DNA from: Blastocystis sp. Blastoise
Lineage: Eukaryota; Protista; Bigyra: Opalinata
DNA: 64,000 nt
Direction: 5' to 3'
Assembly (NCBI GenBank): GCA_039096225.1
Contig: JBBPEB010000011.1
Location: 744,001-808,000, forward strand
Shown: positions 1-24,338 of the stretch, piece after piece
How positions within the stretch are numbered: the first letter of the stretch is position 1
Layout: each line of letters starts with the position of its first letter
Notes under the pieces: model-generated
What the model was told of the DNA's origin: nothing
The model's input: the letters and a program-made list of their open reading frames with translations, nothing else
Database searches by the model: none
Position numbers and translations under genes: made by a program

Positions 1-941
<941 letters not shown>

Positions 942-1005
942 TAAACTATATAAACTATAATAACAACAACAAAATAATTCTAAAAAACATTTCTAAGAAA
1001 AAAAC

Positions 1006-1247
1006 GAGAACTTGTTTAGAGTCGGGAGTTTACAAAAAAATTTGAATTTGGTCGGGAGACTCCCGACTTCATTTCATTGGTTAATATTTTATTAGCCAAT
1101 AAAATTAAATTATTCTTTTATTTTACTTTTGTTGTTATAGAATTCTTTTTTGTTATTTATATTTACTATTATTTATTATTAACAAGTGTCTAAATAATGA
1201 AAATTAGACTGGCAATACACTTAGACATACAGGTATTTTACATTTCT
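1006..1247 (+). repeat. Left TIR of the MULE-like element
   Basis: Exact reverse complement of 4580-4821. Contains GTCGGGAG (1021), the palindrome GTCGGGAG-A-CTCCCGAC (1051-1067) and an inverted ATTGG...CCAAT pair. Confidence 0.95.
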
Positions 1248-1902
1248 TTGTTTTGTTTTTAAGATTAATTTAGAATGTACTCTCTCCATATTTTTTGCTT
1301 TCTATGTACATATAAAAAAAAGTATCTTTAATGATTTTTGAATGATTCTTATCAATTGATGGTAAAGTATCTTTTAGAGCAACATTTCTATTTAAATCTT
1401 TAATCATTATAAATTTATTATTACATTTATTTCAGATATGATATACAACATCTAACGTATGCAACTCCTAATTTTAAATGAATTTATATACTATTTATAT
1501 ATTTTTTAAATAAAAAAAAATTTTTAAAAGAAAATTTTATGAATTTGTATTAACTATTGTTAATAAAGTAGTTAAAATTAGAAATAAAATCGTATTGTAT
1601 ATATAGTGACAAGTAGAAAAAAAATTCACTAATATAGTTGTAATTTATAATACTATAGTATTGGCTAATTAAAAGATTAAAAATATATATATATTCTCTA
1701 TATATTATTATTTATTTTATGAGTTTATAATATAAAGTATATTAAACTCTAACATATATATTAATTGCTATCTAATAAACATAATAATTATTCTTTATAG
1801 CAAAAATAATATGTGATAATACTCAACTTAATAATATATTATACATCTCTTCATGTAGTATGTATATTAGTAAAAGAAGGAAATCAATAGCTATATATAG
1901 GT

Positions 1903-2340
<438 letters not shown>

Positions 2341-2774
2341 AAGTTAGGAGTTGAACCTGATAATAATCTGTGATAGATTATATCTCACCTTATGAGACTT
2401 AAATAAGAATAAAAAAGCTAATACAGTAAATTAAATATATGAATAGATTGGTTTATAGCATATTATCATATAACTTATTATTCAAGGTTATAATAACGAC
2501 TATATCTATATATAATGCAAAATGAATAAAGAGAATCACATAGTATTATAAATAGCATATAATACTAAAGAATACTAATAAATATTAAATAAATATATAT
2601 ATAGTTAATAAATATTAAATATTGTTAAATATTTTGTAAATAATATAAATAATGAACAAAATCTATGACAAAATGAACTTAGTAGAAATAGAAAGATTTA
2701 CATTTGTTGCATATAAATTATTAGATATATAATATATACATACTTCAATATTATATATATAAATAATTTGAACC

Positions 2775-3164
<390 letters not shown>

Positions 3165-3770
3165 CATCTTAATAACAAGATAATTTATATATATATACTA
3201 ATAAGACTATTATTAATATTTATGTTATACATAATATATAATAATATTTTAATATCTCAATATATAACCTATATAATATATATGTAATAGCCTATATATA
3301 TAAGAAAAATGAGTATAATACATATAACATGATAACTTATATATATATATACAATATTATCCAATACATAACCTGTATATAAACTATAACTCTAATAATA
3401 ATTTATTCTATACTTTTATAATATTTTGATACCATGATAACCTATATATAAATATTATATACTAATATTATTCTTAATAATAATAGTACTAATAAATATA
3501 ATAATAATAATATAATATAATAATAATAATATACATATATATATATATACAATAACAATAATAATATATTCCCCAACAAAATGCTTATATGCATATTTTG
3601 ATAATAATATATATTATTATTAGTATTATTATAAATATAATAATAATACTTAATAAAATAATAACCTATATACATATAATAATAAGAATACTAAATAGAA
3701 TGAAAGCTTATATATACAATAATAAATATAATAATAAGTATAATAACTTAAAAACCTATATATAATAATG

Positions 3771-3830
<60 letters not shown>

Positions 3831-4579
3831 GTATATATATATATATATAATGAAATAAAGAATCCATAAATTTCTAAAGTATAAAAACACTGTTCTTTCT
3901 ATAAGAAACGTTCTATATATAAAAAATAATATAATAAATAAAACAGTAAAAAATATTGAAGTATATATATTTATATTCATATATATATATGCATAAAGAT
4001 TGATAAATAAATATATTATAAGATAAACTATAATATAAATTTTAATATAAGTTTAATAACATAAAAATAAATAGAATATTTTTATAAGAAATAACAATAT
4101 TGAAACGGATGATATATAATAATTTAAATAACTAGAAAAGAATAATTTTATTAGTTTAATAAAAAAAAATATGAAAGTAGACAAATGAAAGATGTAATGT
4201 GACATATAAAAATAATATATATATATACAGCTAAAAAATTTAAACAACGTTTGAATTTCAATCCAATCTAGAGCCAATAATATTAAAAAAGACTATATAG
4301 AATTAGATTTAAAAATATATAATTACTATTCTGATTGGGTTTGAAATATTTGAACACAATTTAAGTAGTTTGACTAAATAAAATAATAATCAGAATCAGA
4401 ATCATATACGACTATTATTAAAAAAGAATGTGAATACACTTACAACTTGTTTAACATTTGACTAGATTTAATATAACCTTTATAGCTAGATTTAAGGACT
4501 GAATACAACGGGACAACAAACAAACAACTGACATCTTCCATTCAACCAGAGAATGCTAAACATTTATGCTATATTTGAT

Positions 4580-4821
4580 AGAAATGTAAAATACCTGTAT
4601 GTCTAAGTGTATTGCCAGTCTAATTTTCATTATTTAGACACTTGTTAATAATAAATAATAGTAAATATAAATAACAAAAAAGAATTCTATAACAACAAAA
4701 GTAAAATAAAAGAATAATTTAATTTTATTGGCTAATAAAATATTAACCAATGAAATGAAGTCGGGAGTCTCCCGACCAAATTCAAATTTTTTTGTAAACT
4801 CCCGACTCTAAACAAGTTCTC
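4580..4821 (-). repeat. Right TIR of the MULE-like element
   Basis: Exact reverse complement of 1006-1247. Confidence 0.95.
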
Positions 4822-4921
4822 GAAAAAAACATGGAAAAGAACGAATTCTCAGTACGATTTATTTCTGTTTCATTTTTTAAAGAATTTTCTTTTTCACTTT
4901 AATTCTAACAAACTGTTAAGA

Positions 4922-9059
<4,138 letters not shown>

Positions 9060-10641
9060 ATTATGGATCCTATATTTCATTCTACTTATATCATCAATAA
9101 TTATTTATATAAATAAATATATATCCATTATTTCTCATGATTTTGAATAGTGAATCTATATAATAATATAAAATATATTATAAAAAATATATAAGAATAG
9201 TTTGGTAGTCTTAAAGTTTTATACTACTTAAGAATTAAAAAGTTTTAAAAGCTATTTGCTCTTTATATCTTTCACTCTATTATTGACATGTATATTAATA
9301 ATGAAAAATACTTATGATCTCTATAAAGATTTTTTTTTATTATTTAAAAAAATAGTGTGAAAAAACAATTTTTAATTATCTTCTCACTTTATTATTTGCA
9401 TTAAAGCATATCACAGCATAAACTACATATAAAAATTAAACTATAAATTCAAAAAAAATATTTTTATGCATTCAAAAATGTGCAACAACTTGAATGCAAC
9501 ATTATTTTAAAACACAGATTTATATTCAACATATCGAAATTAAGAGTAGAATATTCAAACATATGACTCGCCAAAATATTTCAATCTATTCAATCAGAAT
9601 CAACAATCTGTTTTCACAGAACTAGAAAATAAAACATTTTCTTAACTTATCCATACTAATCATGTATATACTAAGAAAACAAGATTGTTTCTTCTTAGTA
9701 TAATTTCAAAATCTTAATTAAAGACGTTTAAATTTCTTGTAAAAATAACCACAAATCTCATGGAGAAACACTCGACAAAAATAACGACAGATGTTCAATC
9801 TTTTCGAGAATAACCAATAATCGTGGTTTTATTAACAAATCCCCAGATCATATTATTATGATACTTCAAAGAGGAGACTTTTGGAATCTGAGATATGTAG
9901 CTTGTGATTTAAAATATGTATATATATAAAGTGAAATTGATTGCATAACAAGAAAATAGAAATTAATAGTATATTTATGGTTGCTGTTCTTATTTTGTGT
10001 TAGAGTTTTTGAAAGAAAGGAAAGTATTTACATAATTATTGACTGTGTAATAGGGTATAGATGAATCATATTATCAGTAAAAACATATATAAAATCTGAG
10101 TTATTATCAAAGCCATCATATTACTATGATTGCAATACTTTTTTTGGGGATTATTTGTCGTTTTTATAGAAAGATAAGATACAAACCAGTTTTTCAACTT
10201 GATGAACTTTTGAATTTCTTATTATATATATCAGAAATCATTTTAAAGATCAGTAAAAAAAAAGAATACGTTTTTTAACCACACATCAATTTCTATGCTT
10301 CTTCTCCTCTTCTGACCTGTTAAAGAATCTAAAATCATTCCTAAAATTTTATGATTTTTAGTGAACACAAATAGATTATTGATCATTATATTGGATAATT
10401 AAAATTGATTATTTCTTGGTTATAATTGAGATTTGAACCGTTAAATCACTTTTGTCGTCACTATGGAAGGGGTGGTATTGGTGTTTTTTGTTGGGCTTGA
10501 TTTCTATAAAGAATCGAAATTTTTTGTTATTTTTTGTTCATCTGTTTTTTTATTATTGAAATACTATTGTTTTGTCTCTTTTTTTCTTTATAATTTATAT
10601 AAGCTAAATTAGATTATTTTGAAATCAGATAGTGATATATT

Positions 10642-12403
10642 ATGTCATTCGCTAAAGATCTTGGTTCGTCTAATTCCTTGTTAGGAGAAGATACGTATAA
10701 TTACAGTTATAATAGCTTGAATGGAGATGCTAATCTTCAGAGAGGAGCTCTCCCATATGATGAACCTTTTGCAAGACCATTAGGTTCAAGAACATTTCGT
10801 TATCCTCCTCAAACAGGTATGATTATTTATTTATTATTTAGCTAGAGACATTTTATGTATAGATGAGTGTTGTTTGATCAATTTACTGAATACATTACTT
10901 CCAGCAGAGAAGAATTTAGTTATAGATATGATGAAACTTGTGGATCCTACGATGAGAATATTTATGAGAGATAATATGAATACAACAGATATTAAGATCT
11001 ATGCTAAAGGAGAGAAAATCGATAGTTATTGTGAAATGATTGATTTATTATCGAATGGTTTGATTACATTACGATTATCTTTGCTTCGTAATGATCAAAG
11101 AAACGTACCTGATCTTTCACAACCTATATCTGATCCAAATTTTTATCAAGAGTTTTCTCCTAGACCCCAACAAAATTCAATAACTGCTTCAAAATTTGAA
11201 AAGAAATTATCCTCTTTAGATATGAATGCTTCATCTTATTCAAAATCAAGAAGTAATTCAATTGTTAATTCTCAATCTAAAAAAGAGTCTCCATTAAAAT
11301 TTTCATCAGTTACAAATAATAATACAAGAAAAATGTCAAATTCTCATATATCAACAAGAAATAATATAATTTCAGAAAAGAATAATAATCAGAATGAGAA
11401 GAATGATAAGAATAATTGTATAACTCAACAAAAAGAGAAAGTAGATATTTCTGAGAATACAGAATCACTATTGAATGATCAGGAGAAACATATAATAAAT
11501 ATTATGAATGAAAAAGATAATAATAATGAAGAAATAGAAGAAGATATAATAGAGAATAAAGAGGAAAAAGAAGAAGTAGAATTAGGAATAGAAGAAGAAG
11601 AAGAAGAAGAAGATTCAAATAATGGTTATTTTGAAAGACCGTTATCATTGAAAGGTCAACGTCATATATTCTTATATAAATGTCGTTTAGTATCTTTAAC
11701 AAATATATTAAATGATAATAAATGCTGGGATTTACATCTTTCTGGATTACAAGAGAAATGGCCTTGTTTATTAGTATATAAAGCATCAAATAGAGATGAC
11801 TGGATGAAAGCATTTCGAAAAATACAAAAATTAGATTGTCATAATTTCTCTCGTAAACGTATTATAGATATAGATATAGATGAAGTTGATAAATATGATG
11901 AAATAATCAAACAACAAACAGATAAGTAAATTCTTTTTAGGTTTTATATTATTATTATTATTTAACAAATATTAATTATATATTATTTATAATAGTTTAT
12001 GATGATTTTTTTAAAAATTAATTTATTATATTATATAATATATATAAATGAATTTTATAAAATAAATTTATTATATATATATATAGAAATGCATGTTTAG
12101 CCCTATGTGTTCAGTCTCCTTCTTCTCCTACAAATCCTTCTGTTGCTGTATGTGGTATAGAATCTTATGTAGATCGTGTATATGCACAATTTGATACTCA
12201 TGAAGAAGAAGATGCGATGAATAATAATATAAATATGAATGAAAAACAACGTATACTATATATAAATATTTATTTTATTTTTTTTATGAAATAATATTTT
12301 TTTTTTAATTTATTATTTTTATAAAAATATATTTTTTTTATCTAATTTATTTATATAATAGATATAAGTATTACTATATTAAAAACTACTATTATAAAGA
12401 ATA

Positions 12404-12481
<78 letters not shown>

Positions 12482-12919
12482 TATAATAATAATACTTTTC
12501 TTATAGGTGCGTATTCCCGTGGGGATTCTCATTTTTATCAGTCTTCTTATGCTCCTGCTTCTACAGATATGATCAATCGGTATTTATCTCCTCTTCCTAT
12601 GTCTTCTTCATTTACTACTACTCCTACTACTAATACACTTTTCTCTAAACATAATAGTATGGAAACATTATATAATCCTCCACGTGTGAATAGTATTCCA
12701 AACGTTAGTTCTGAGCAGATGTTTCCATCTTTTAATAATTATGGAGATCGTTCTTATTCTTATGGTCAATTTCCTACATTTAATACAATAGATCGATCTC
12801 AATCCCATGGGTATTATCGTGAAGAAGAACAAGATCCTTTTACACCATCTATTCGTCCTTCTTATAATAGTGATCTTAATATGCATTCTCAATCACAATT
12901 CTATCCAGATCTATTTTAA
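10642..12919 (+). CDS. Hypothetical protein with a probable split PH-like domain (4 exons)
   Basis: GT-AG introns at about 10817-10841, 11926-12086 and 12251-12506 keep the frame. KGQRHIFLYKCRL...KCWDLH...YKASNRDDWMKAFRKI resembles the C-terminal half and Trp helix of a PH domain. Confidence 0.6.
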
Positions 12920-13892
12920 ATATATATTATATGGATATTATATTGTATAGATAATATATTATATATAGTATTATATATATAATATTATATAATATATATA
13001 TCTATTCTTTATAAGATAATATAATACATACTATCCTATTTAGTATATGAGATATTGTATTATATATATAATATATATATAGTTCATCTATTTTAATCTA
13101 TTTATTTACATTATTGTTATTTATTAACAAATCATTTATATAGTAGAAAGAATTAATTCTTATTTATATATATTGTTTTTTATTATTATTTAACTTATAT
13201 CTGTATGTGATTCTTATGTTTATTTTTTTTTTTAATATTTTATTTTTATTTATAAAAATATATATATGCTTTTAAAAAAAAACATATATAGTTATTCATC
13301 TATTGTATATATTCATACATATTATTTTTTATATTTATTACTACTCCTGTTTCTTATGTAGTGTTATATTCATATATGCATATATCTATTAATTATATAT
13401 TTTATATTTATAAATGATTATTTTTGACTTTACTGATTCAATAATATTCTTTAAAGTATTGTTTTTAGAACAATTTCTTATTATGTCATTTCTTATTGTT
13501 CTTTATTTGAATTTCTTTTCAATTTTTTTTTTGGTTTTATTTCTTTTCAATTTTTTTTATATGCATATATATGTTCAATTTCTTTTTTCAATTTTATTTT
13601 ATTGGAAAGTTAAGAATAACTTTCTATTATTAAAGTTTTTCTTTATGATTTCTATCTCTATGAATCACATTAGATTTGTTATATGTTGTTTTGTTGGAGT
13701 ATTTAATATTAGAAATCTAAAGTGTTGCTTGTATTGTTTGCTTTCTGTAATTTAAAGATATTGAATATCAAAAGAAAAAGATATTCCAAACAAAAGAATA
13801 TGAAAAAAACATAGTATTACAAGAAACAGAAAATGTATATAAGTTTAAACAAAAAATGATAATGAATATTATATAATAAGAATATATATAAT

Positions 13893-15366
<1,474 letters not shown>

Positions 15367-15736
15367 ATCTATAATGATCTGATCAAAAATATAATGCTTG
15401 AAAACTCAAATAGAACTCAAAAATTTAAACAGAAGTCTTAAAGAACTTGAAACTGGTCATTTCTCGATTAAAACGAATGTTTCAGATGGATTCAGGAAAT
15501 ATCAGAAATTTGAACAAAATAAAATGAATTGACAATCAATGAATATTTAATATATATAAAAAACCATACTAATAATAGATGAGAAGAGGTATTAGGAGCC
15601 CAGTATGACATAGAAATCAATCAAAAACAATAACATTTTAGAAAAAGCAATAATATAATAGAGAAAAAAGAATGATTTGGAGGAAAAAGAGATGACTATA
15701 ATAATTAAAGTACAAATAGTTTACAAAGAAAAAAAG

Positions 15737-17383
<1,647 letters not shown>

Positions 17384-18282
17384 AGTGACATATATATGGA
17401 AAATGCTTAAATAAGATTATTAGATGTAAAACACGGTTTTTAATTTAAAAATGAAAAAAGAAATAATCCCAAGAAAATCATATGGAACCCCAGTCATTTT
17501 CCATATTTCTTGTGAATATTATACTTGTGATTCAAACAAACGTGAATCGTTGAAAACATATCCCACTAATGATTTAAATACATAGATCGATAAAATATTA
17601 GCAAATAAAACTATAAAATGAACTTTCATTGAATAACTCATTAAATTAAAAAGAAAATAATATATATAGAAATAAAAGAATTCTTTTCTTTTTAGTAGTT
17701 TATTAATGTTTTTAAAAACTTGAGCGAACTGGGTATTATCTGTGTTCTTTCCACTTTTCCATAAAAAAAGAATTTCCCATGGGAATATAAGAGGAAATTG
17801 AAGATTAGATGAGATGAAGAGAATTGTTGATTATCTAGATAATAGATTGTAGAATTAGACATTAATTCTGCTGAGAAATGTACTTAAGAATTATGTAATG
17901 TAGATAAAACTTAATTGATAGAAAAAAAATGCTGAGAAAAGAACTGCATTAGAGTTTGACAGTGATTTAAAAATTGAGGATTTTTATTGGATGATCAAAC
18001 CACGAGGCGACCCTAATGAAATAAAATTATTTTTTTTTAACAGGAAAAACCTATAAATATGGCCCGCACATAATATATGCCTAGATAAATTGGACAAAAT
18101 GAAACAGTTTCTTTGACTTTTCTTTAACAAAAAATAAAAATGATGAGAACACTTTAATTCTATTCATTCATTCTAGAATTTTAGTTATATTGAATAATAT
18201 TATCATAATATCATTGTATGCTACCTATGATAAATATATTCTAAAACTATAAAATAGTTCTGCTTCATAATTTCTGAATCTA

Positions 18283-21208
18283 ATGTCACAAGATTTTACG
18301 AACAATACGAACAATGATCCTATGCAATTCCAGGATGCTTTGGAATATATGAATACTATTCGTAACCGTTTTGCTGATGAAAGTGATAAATATGAACAAT
18401 TCTTAAAGATCATGGTGGATGCAAAGAGCAAATCGTATATAATCTTATTTTATACAAATCTTGTTGACAAATTTATTTATTTTTAGTTGTAATAAGAAAC
18501 TTGTCATTCAGCAAATTTCAAAATTGTTTGAAGGACATAATGATTTGATTTCAAAGTTCCATATGTTTCTTCCTGATGATGTTCCTGTTACACCTCCTGA
18601 ACCCATTTATGTTCAACAAGAAATGGCTCCTCAACCTACGTATTTGAATTAAACTCTTTATAATCTATGAATATAATTAATTATCTAATTTTATGTAGTG
18701 CTGAGTATCAGGTAGCTGTTGATTTTGTAACACGAATTAAAGAACGTTGCCAAAATGATGGACAAAATACATATAAAGAATTTCTTAATATCTTACAAGA
18801 ATACCAACATGGAACAAAATCACTTGAAGTTGTTATCAATGAAGTATTTTATTATTATTATTATTTTTTAAATTTTTGATATTATATGATTTTATTTATA
18901 TGATGTTTCTTTTCTTTTTTTTTTGTTTTTTTATATGATGTTTCATTTTATTTTTTAAATATATTTCACATGATATTTATTCTTATTTGATTATAATGAT
19001 CATAGGTTGTTACTTTATTCAAAGGCCATCAGGATATTATAAAAGATTTTATTTTATTTTTACCTGAAAAAGCTCAAGCTGAAGCTTCTCATCTTTTAAG
19101 TGCAATTACATATCAACGAATGGCTGAATCGAATTCAGTTGTTATTCAACCCAATAATATGATGAATTCTATGTCTGATATGGATCATATGGATATGATG
19201 GATACAAAAATAAAAAGAGAATCGAAAGATAATTTAAAACGAAATAAACCTTATAATACGATAATAGATACAAAGAATCGAAAAAGAATTCGAAAGAACG
19301 ACTATTCTCCTACTATTACAATGATAAAAGAAACTACAAATGAAGAAAAACTTTCAACTTTAGATCGAAGAACATTCCAGAAGGTATTCTTTTATATTTA
19401 TTATATTTATTATATTTATTATATTTATTATATTTATTATATTTATTATATTTATTATGTTTATTATGTTTATTATGTTTATTATGTTTATTATATTTAT
19501 TATTTATATTATTCTATATAGATTCGTAATGAAGCGAAAACTCAGGCGAATTATAATTTTTTCCTTAAATTAGTCGATTTATTTGTAAAAGTATTCTTTA
19601 TTGCATTATATTATTATTATTATTATTTTTTCATACATATATATAGTTATTATATTTTTGTTCATTATATATATATATATATATATATATAGCGTATAAT
19701 TAGTATGAGTGAGTTAATAATATTAATCGGTGATTCTTTTGGATGGAGAAGTAGTATACTTGAAATATTCAAAGAATTATTAGCTGAAAAAGGAATTCAG
19801 GAAAGTTCAGTATATAATTTTAATCATTAAATTTGTATTATATTATTTATAATAAGCTTATTTTTTTTAAATCAAAGTATATTCTTATCTCTTTCAGAGA
19901 TTCAATATTTATATTCATATATATATTTATCTTTTTATTTATATTTAAAAAAGAAACGAATATTTTTTAAATTACTTTTATCTATATATAGATATTACCT
20001 TCTGCATTGGCAACACATACTTATACAGAATTACCTGAACATAAATTGAATGAATTTCCTGTAGCTACAAAGAGTTATCGAATGATCCCTTCACATATAT
20101 TAAGACCTATATGTAGTAATAGAACAGAAGAAGAAAAAAGAATATTAAATGATGATTTAATATCTTTACCTGTAGGTAGCGAAGATTTTGGATTCAATGT
20201 ATATTATTATGTTTATGATTATTATGATTATTATTATTGTTATGTTTATTATTATGTTTATTATTCATATTATTATTATTATTCATATTATTATTCATAT
20301 TATTATTATACTATATGACTATTCTATATACATATAGTTAATGCGTAAGAATCAGTATGAAGAAGCATTGTTTCGATGTGAAGATGATCGTTATGAAGTG
20401 GATATTATTATTGAGAATAATCGTAGTTGTATATTAACATTAACACAATTATTAAGAGAACTAGAAACATTACAAAAAGATAAGGTATTCTATAGATTTT
20501 ATTATTATATTATTTATATTATAATGTATTGAAAAATATTTTATTAAATATTATTATTATTATTAATCTATATCTATAGCCCTCAAGTGACTATCAGTAT
20601 CATTTAAAACGTGAATCTCTTAGTACATTAAATTTAAAAGCTATTCAACGTATCTATATACATGAACCTGTATATAAACAAATTATTGAGGTATATATAT
20701 ATTATATATACTATTATTCTTCTCTTGTTACTCTATATATATATATATCTTATTCTTTATAGTTCTTATATATGTCTCCACTTACTACTATACCTCTTCT
20801 CCTTGAACGTATGAAAGCTAAAGATGAAGAATGGACTAGACAAAAGAATATTAAAGAAATTGTATATATATATATTAATAATAATTAGTTATTTATATAC
20901 TACTATTAATCATGATTATATATATATATAATGATTAGTTATTTATATACTACTATTAACTATGATTATCTATATATATATATATAGGTATGGAAAGATA
21001 TTCAACAAAAAAATTATTATAAGTCGTTGGACCATCTGTCGTTCTATTTTAAACAGGATGATAAGAAGCAAATGAATATGAAAAATATGATTGAACATAT
21101 TAAAGTATATATATAGGGATTATTCTTGTTATTATTATTATTATTATTATTATATTATTATATAGGATGTTGCATTTAAAGCTAATAATATTAAAGATAC
21201 ATTACATA

Positions 21209-21300
<92 letters not shown>

Positions 21301-21523
21301 CTCATATGACGCCTCTTGATGAAACAGAAAGTCACGTGACATCTACGTTTAAAGAGCCAACCATTCATAAAGATATGTACTTTATTCTATATAATATTGC
21401 CAAGAAGAATCTTTCTCATAATGAAATGAGTTTCTTCACACGTTATTATGAATATTTAATACTTAATTTTATGTCACTTCCCCACGATTATATGCATGCT
21501 ACAAAGAGTGATGTATATATATA

Positions 21524-21572
<49 letters not shown>

Positions 21573-22576
21573 TATAGTATAATTCAAGTATTTATTTGGT
21601 AGCTGGAAGTTCTGTTATTACACCTCAGGGTGAAGGTACTATCACTTCTTATGATGTTAATACTGATATGTATACAGTACATCTTAATATAGAAGATTCT
21701 GTTCTTAGTCCTTCATCTCTTTCTGCATCTCACACTATTGTACGAATCCCTCGTACGGATATTACACTGAAAGAACCTGAAAGTATATACTACAATTTTT
21801 AATTATTATTTTATTATAATACTATATATATATATATATATATATAATCAAGATGTATAGAAGTGTTTCTATACTATAATTATATACTCTATTCTCTATA
21901 TATATAGATACATCAAGTGATGATGAGAGTGACATCGAAATAGAGAAGGATATGGATATATCTATGTCACCTATGGCCTCTCTACAGGAGAAGGAGAAGG
22001 AGAAGGAGAAGGAGAAGAATAAGGAAACTAATACTAATAATACTAATAATACTAATAATAATAATAATATTATTAATAATAATAATAATCATGATGATGA
22101 AGATGAAAATGATGTTGATAGCATTCCTGTAAATATTAAACTTGATGAAGAGAAGCCATCGAATAGTAATCATATTATGTTTGGATCTTGTTCACTCTAT
22201 TGCTTCTATCATCTTTATTCTGTATATATTTATATAGCTTATAATTATATTATATATATATATCAATAATATTTTAACATATATATATATAGATACTTTA
22301 TGAGAGACTCCACGATGCTTTAAATAATTGTTCCACGACGACATATACTGAAAAGGATATGGTACAACATCCTGTTCGTCGTAATTTGGAAAGAATGGAG
22401 AATGAAAAAGAGATTATTGAGAATAATGTTGTATCTGACGCAGCCTCTGACGCACTTAATAAAGAAACTGAAGAATTATTTGCTACGGGTGACGCATCTC
22501 ATGATTCGGATAAAGAGAATTCGATAACCATGGATATTATCAATGATGATAATCATGATAATAGTAATAAAGATAA

Positions 22577-22607
<31 letters not shown>

Positions 22608-23951
22608 GTTTCTAATAATACTATTATTGTTACAGATACTATTAACGACAAATCGAATTCTGAGGGATCTCACACTGTCTCTAATGAAGATACCATTACT
22701 CCTACTATTGATAATACTAATAATAATAATAATGAATCTACTCCTTCTTCTAATGATGATAAGAAGACTGTTGATCCTCTTTTTAAATATCAACAATTAG
22801 TGAATAGTATTATTCATTATTCCCGCGGAGAAATCGATAGTAATCAATTTGAAGATGAATGTCGTTCTATTTTAGGAACAAATGCTTATATTTTATTTAC
22901 TATCGATAAATTATGTAATAATATTATTAAATATTTACATGGATTTATGAGTGAAGATAGCTTTGTTATTGGAAAAGTATACTAATTATTATTATATATT
23001 ATTTAAATTAACTTATATATTTATTATACTTTATTATTATAATATACATTATAAATTATTATTATTATTATATATATATAGGCTATTTATGATTATTATA
23101 CTGCATCCGAAGTTCACCCTTCCCTCTCTCTCTATCGAAATAACGCTATTTGCGCCTTTAGAGAATGCAGAACAGAACTTGTTCGAATCGAATTCGAAAA
23201 CTATCCAGGTAAATGAAAATTTTCATTATTCTTTATTATTTGAAATATATATATTGTTATTATTTATTATCATTATTATATTCATATTTCTTTATTCCCC
23301 TCTTGAATATTATACAATATAAATTATCTTTTATTATAATCTTCTATATATATATATATAGAAGGAGAGTATAAGCAAGGTTCTGAGGCATCTCTACATA
23401 TATGGTATATAGGTAAAGAACAAGACCTTATGCATAATACTATTTATAAAGTATATATATATATAGTTAGCATATAGGATATCATTATCATTTATTATAT
23501 TAGTATTATAAGATAATATATGTAATATAATATATTATGAATATATAAAATAACCTATATAATATATATATATATATATATATTATTATTTCTTTAGAAT
23601 ACTATTAAATCTGCTTTATTCAAGAATTTTGAGGATTATTACATTAGTTCTACTGAAAATGAACAAAATCCAGAATTATTAGCTTCTTCTGCAGGTACTC
23701 CATTTTTAGTTCGTACTAAAAAACCTTTTAATGAAGAACAAGTAGATGTTAATAATGGTATGGATATTGAAATTGAAAATAATCAAGTTAGTTATACACG
23801 TGATGAAGAAGATTCAGTTATTAGACGTAAACGAAGTTCAATTACTTCAGAATCTAATATGGACACTATAAAATCTGAGGATAGCGACGATAGTAAAGAT
23901 GATACTGATAATGAAACAAGTATAGAAATTGATCAGTCTGAAGCCGTTTAA
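18283..23951 (+). CDS. SIN3: SIN3 histone deacetylase complex scaffold (about 21 exons)
   Basis: PAH domains (FQDALEYMNTIRNRF...YEQFLKIM...LFEGHNDLISKFHMFLP; AVDFVTRIKER...YKEFLNILQEY), HID (SYRMIP...CSNR...LND...GSEDF..MRKNQYEEALFRCEDDRYEVD; YYKSLDHLSFYFKQ) and Sin3 C-terminal FEDECRSILGTNAYILFTIDKL. Confidence 0.95.
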
Positions 23952-24126
23952 GTTATAAAATTATTATTGAGAATGTTCTATTCCATTTTGTCAATATATT
24001 GTTTTCTGTATTCTTATTTTATTACTTGTTTAATTATATATACTCAGCTATTTTTTTAAACTTATTCACTTTTCTTTTTTTTGAAATCATGTGTAATCTA
24101 TCTTTGTTTCGATACGTCCTCTTTAT

Positions 24127-24134
24127 TGTTTGTT
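24127..24134 (+). promoter_or_regulatory. TGTTTGTT motif downstream of SIN3 (Blastocystis-type 3'-end processing element)
   Basis: Exact motif about 175 nt after the SIN3 stop. TGTTTGTT is the known Blastocystis motif just downstream of the poly(A) site; function here is inferred. Confidence 0.4.
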
Positions 24135-24338
24135 CATATTTGTCAGAAATGTTACACTATTTATTTTTCTTTAAATTTTTAACAAAAGTATAGCAAGAAA
24201 TGATTGTTTTAATAAAAATTTTAATAAACTTTTTTCAATTTTTTCAATTTACGAATAAACCGTGATTATTCTTTTAATTAAAAAATAAAATAAAAATATA
24301 TTATTCGTGTTGATTTTGAGTTTAATATACTTATAATA

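Noticed and set aside
2350-2375. GAACCTGAT...TAAT resembling part of a TPP riboswitch
   Set aside because: The CTGAGA/ATACC elements and paired stems are absent.
10459-10470. CACTATGG as another CACTA terminus
   Set aside because: Only 7 bp match the TIR, and I found no matching inverted end with a 3-bp TSD.
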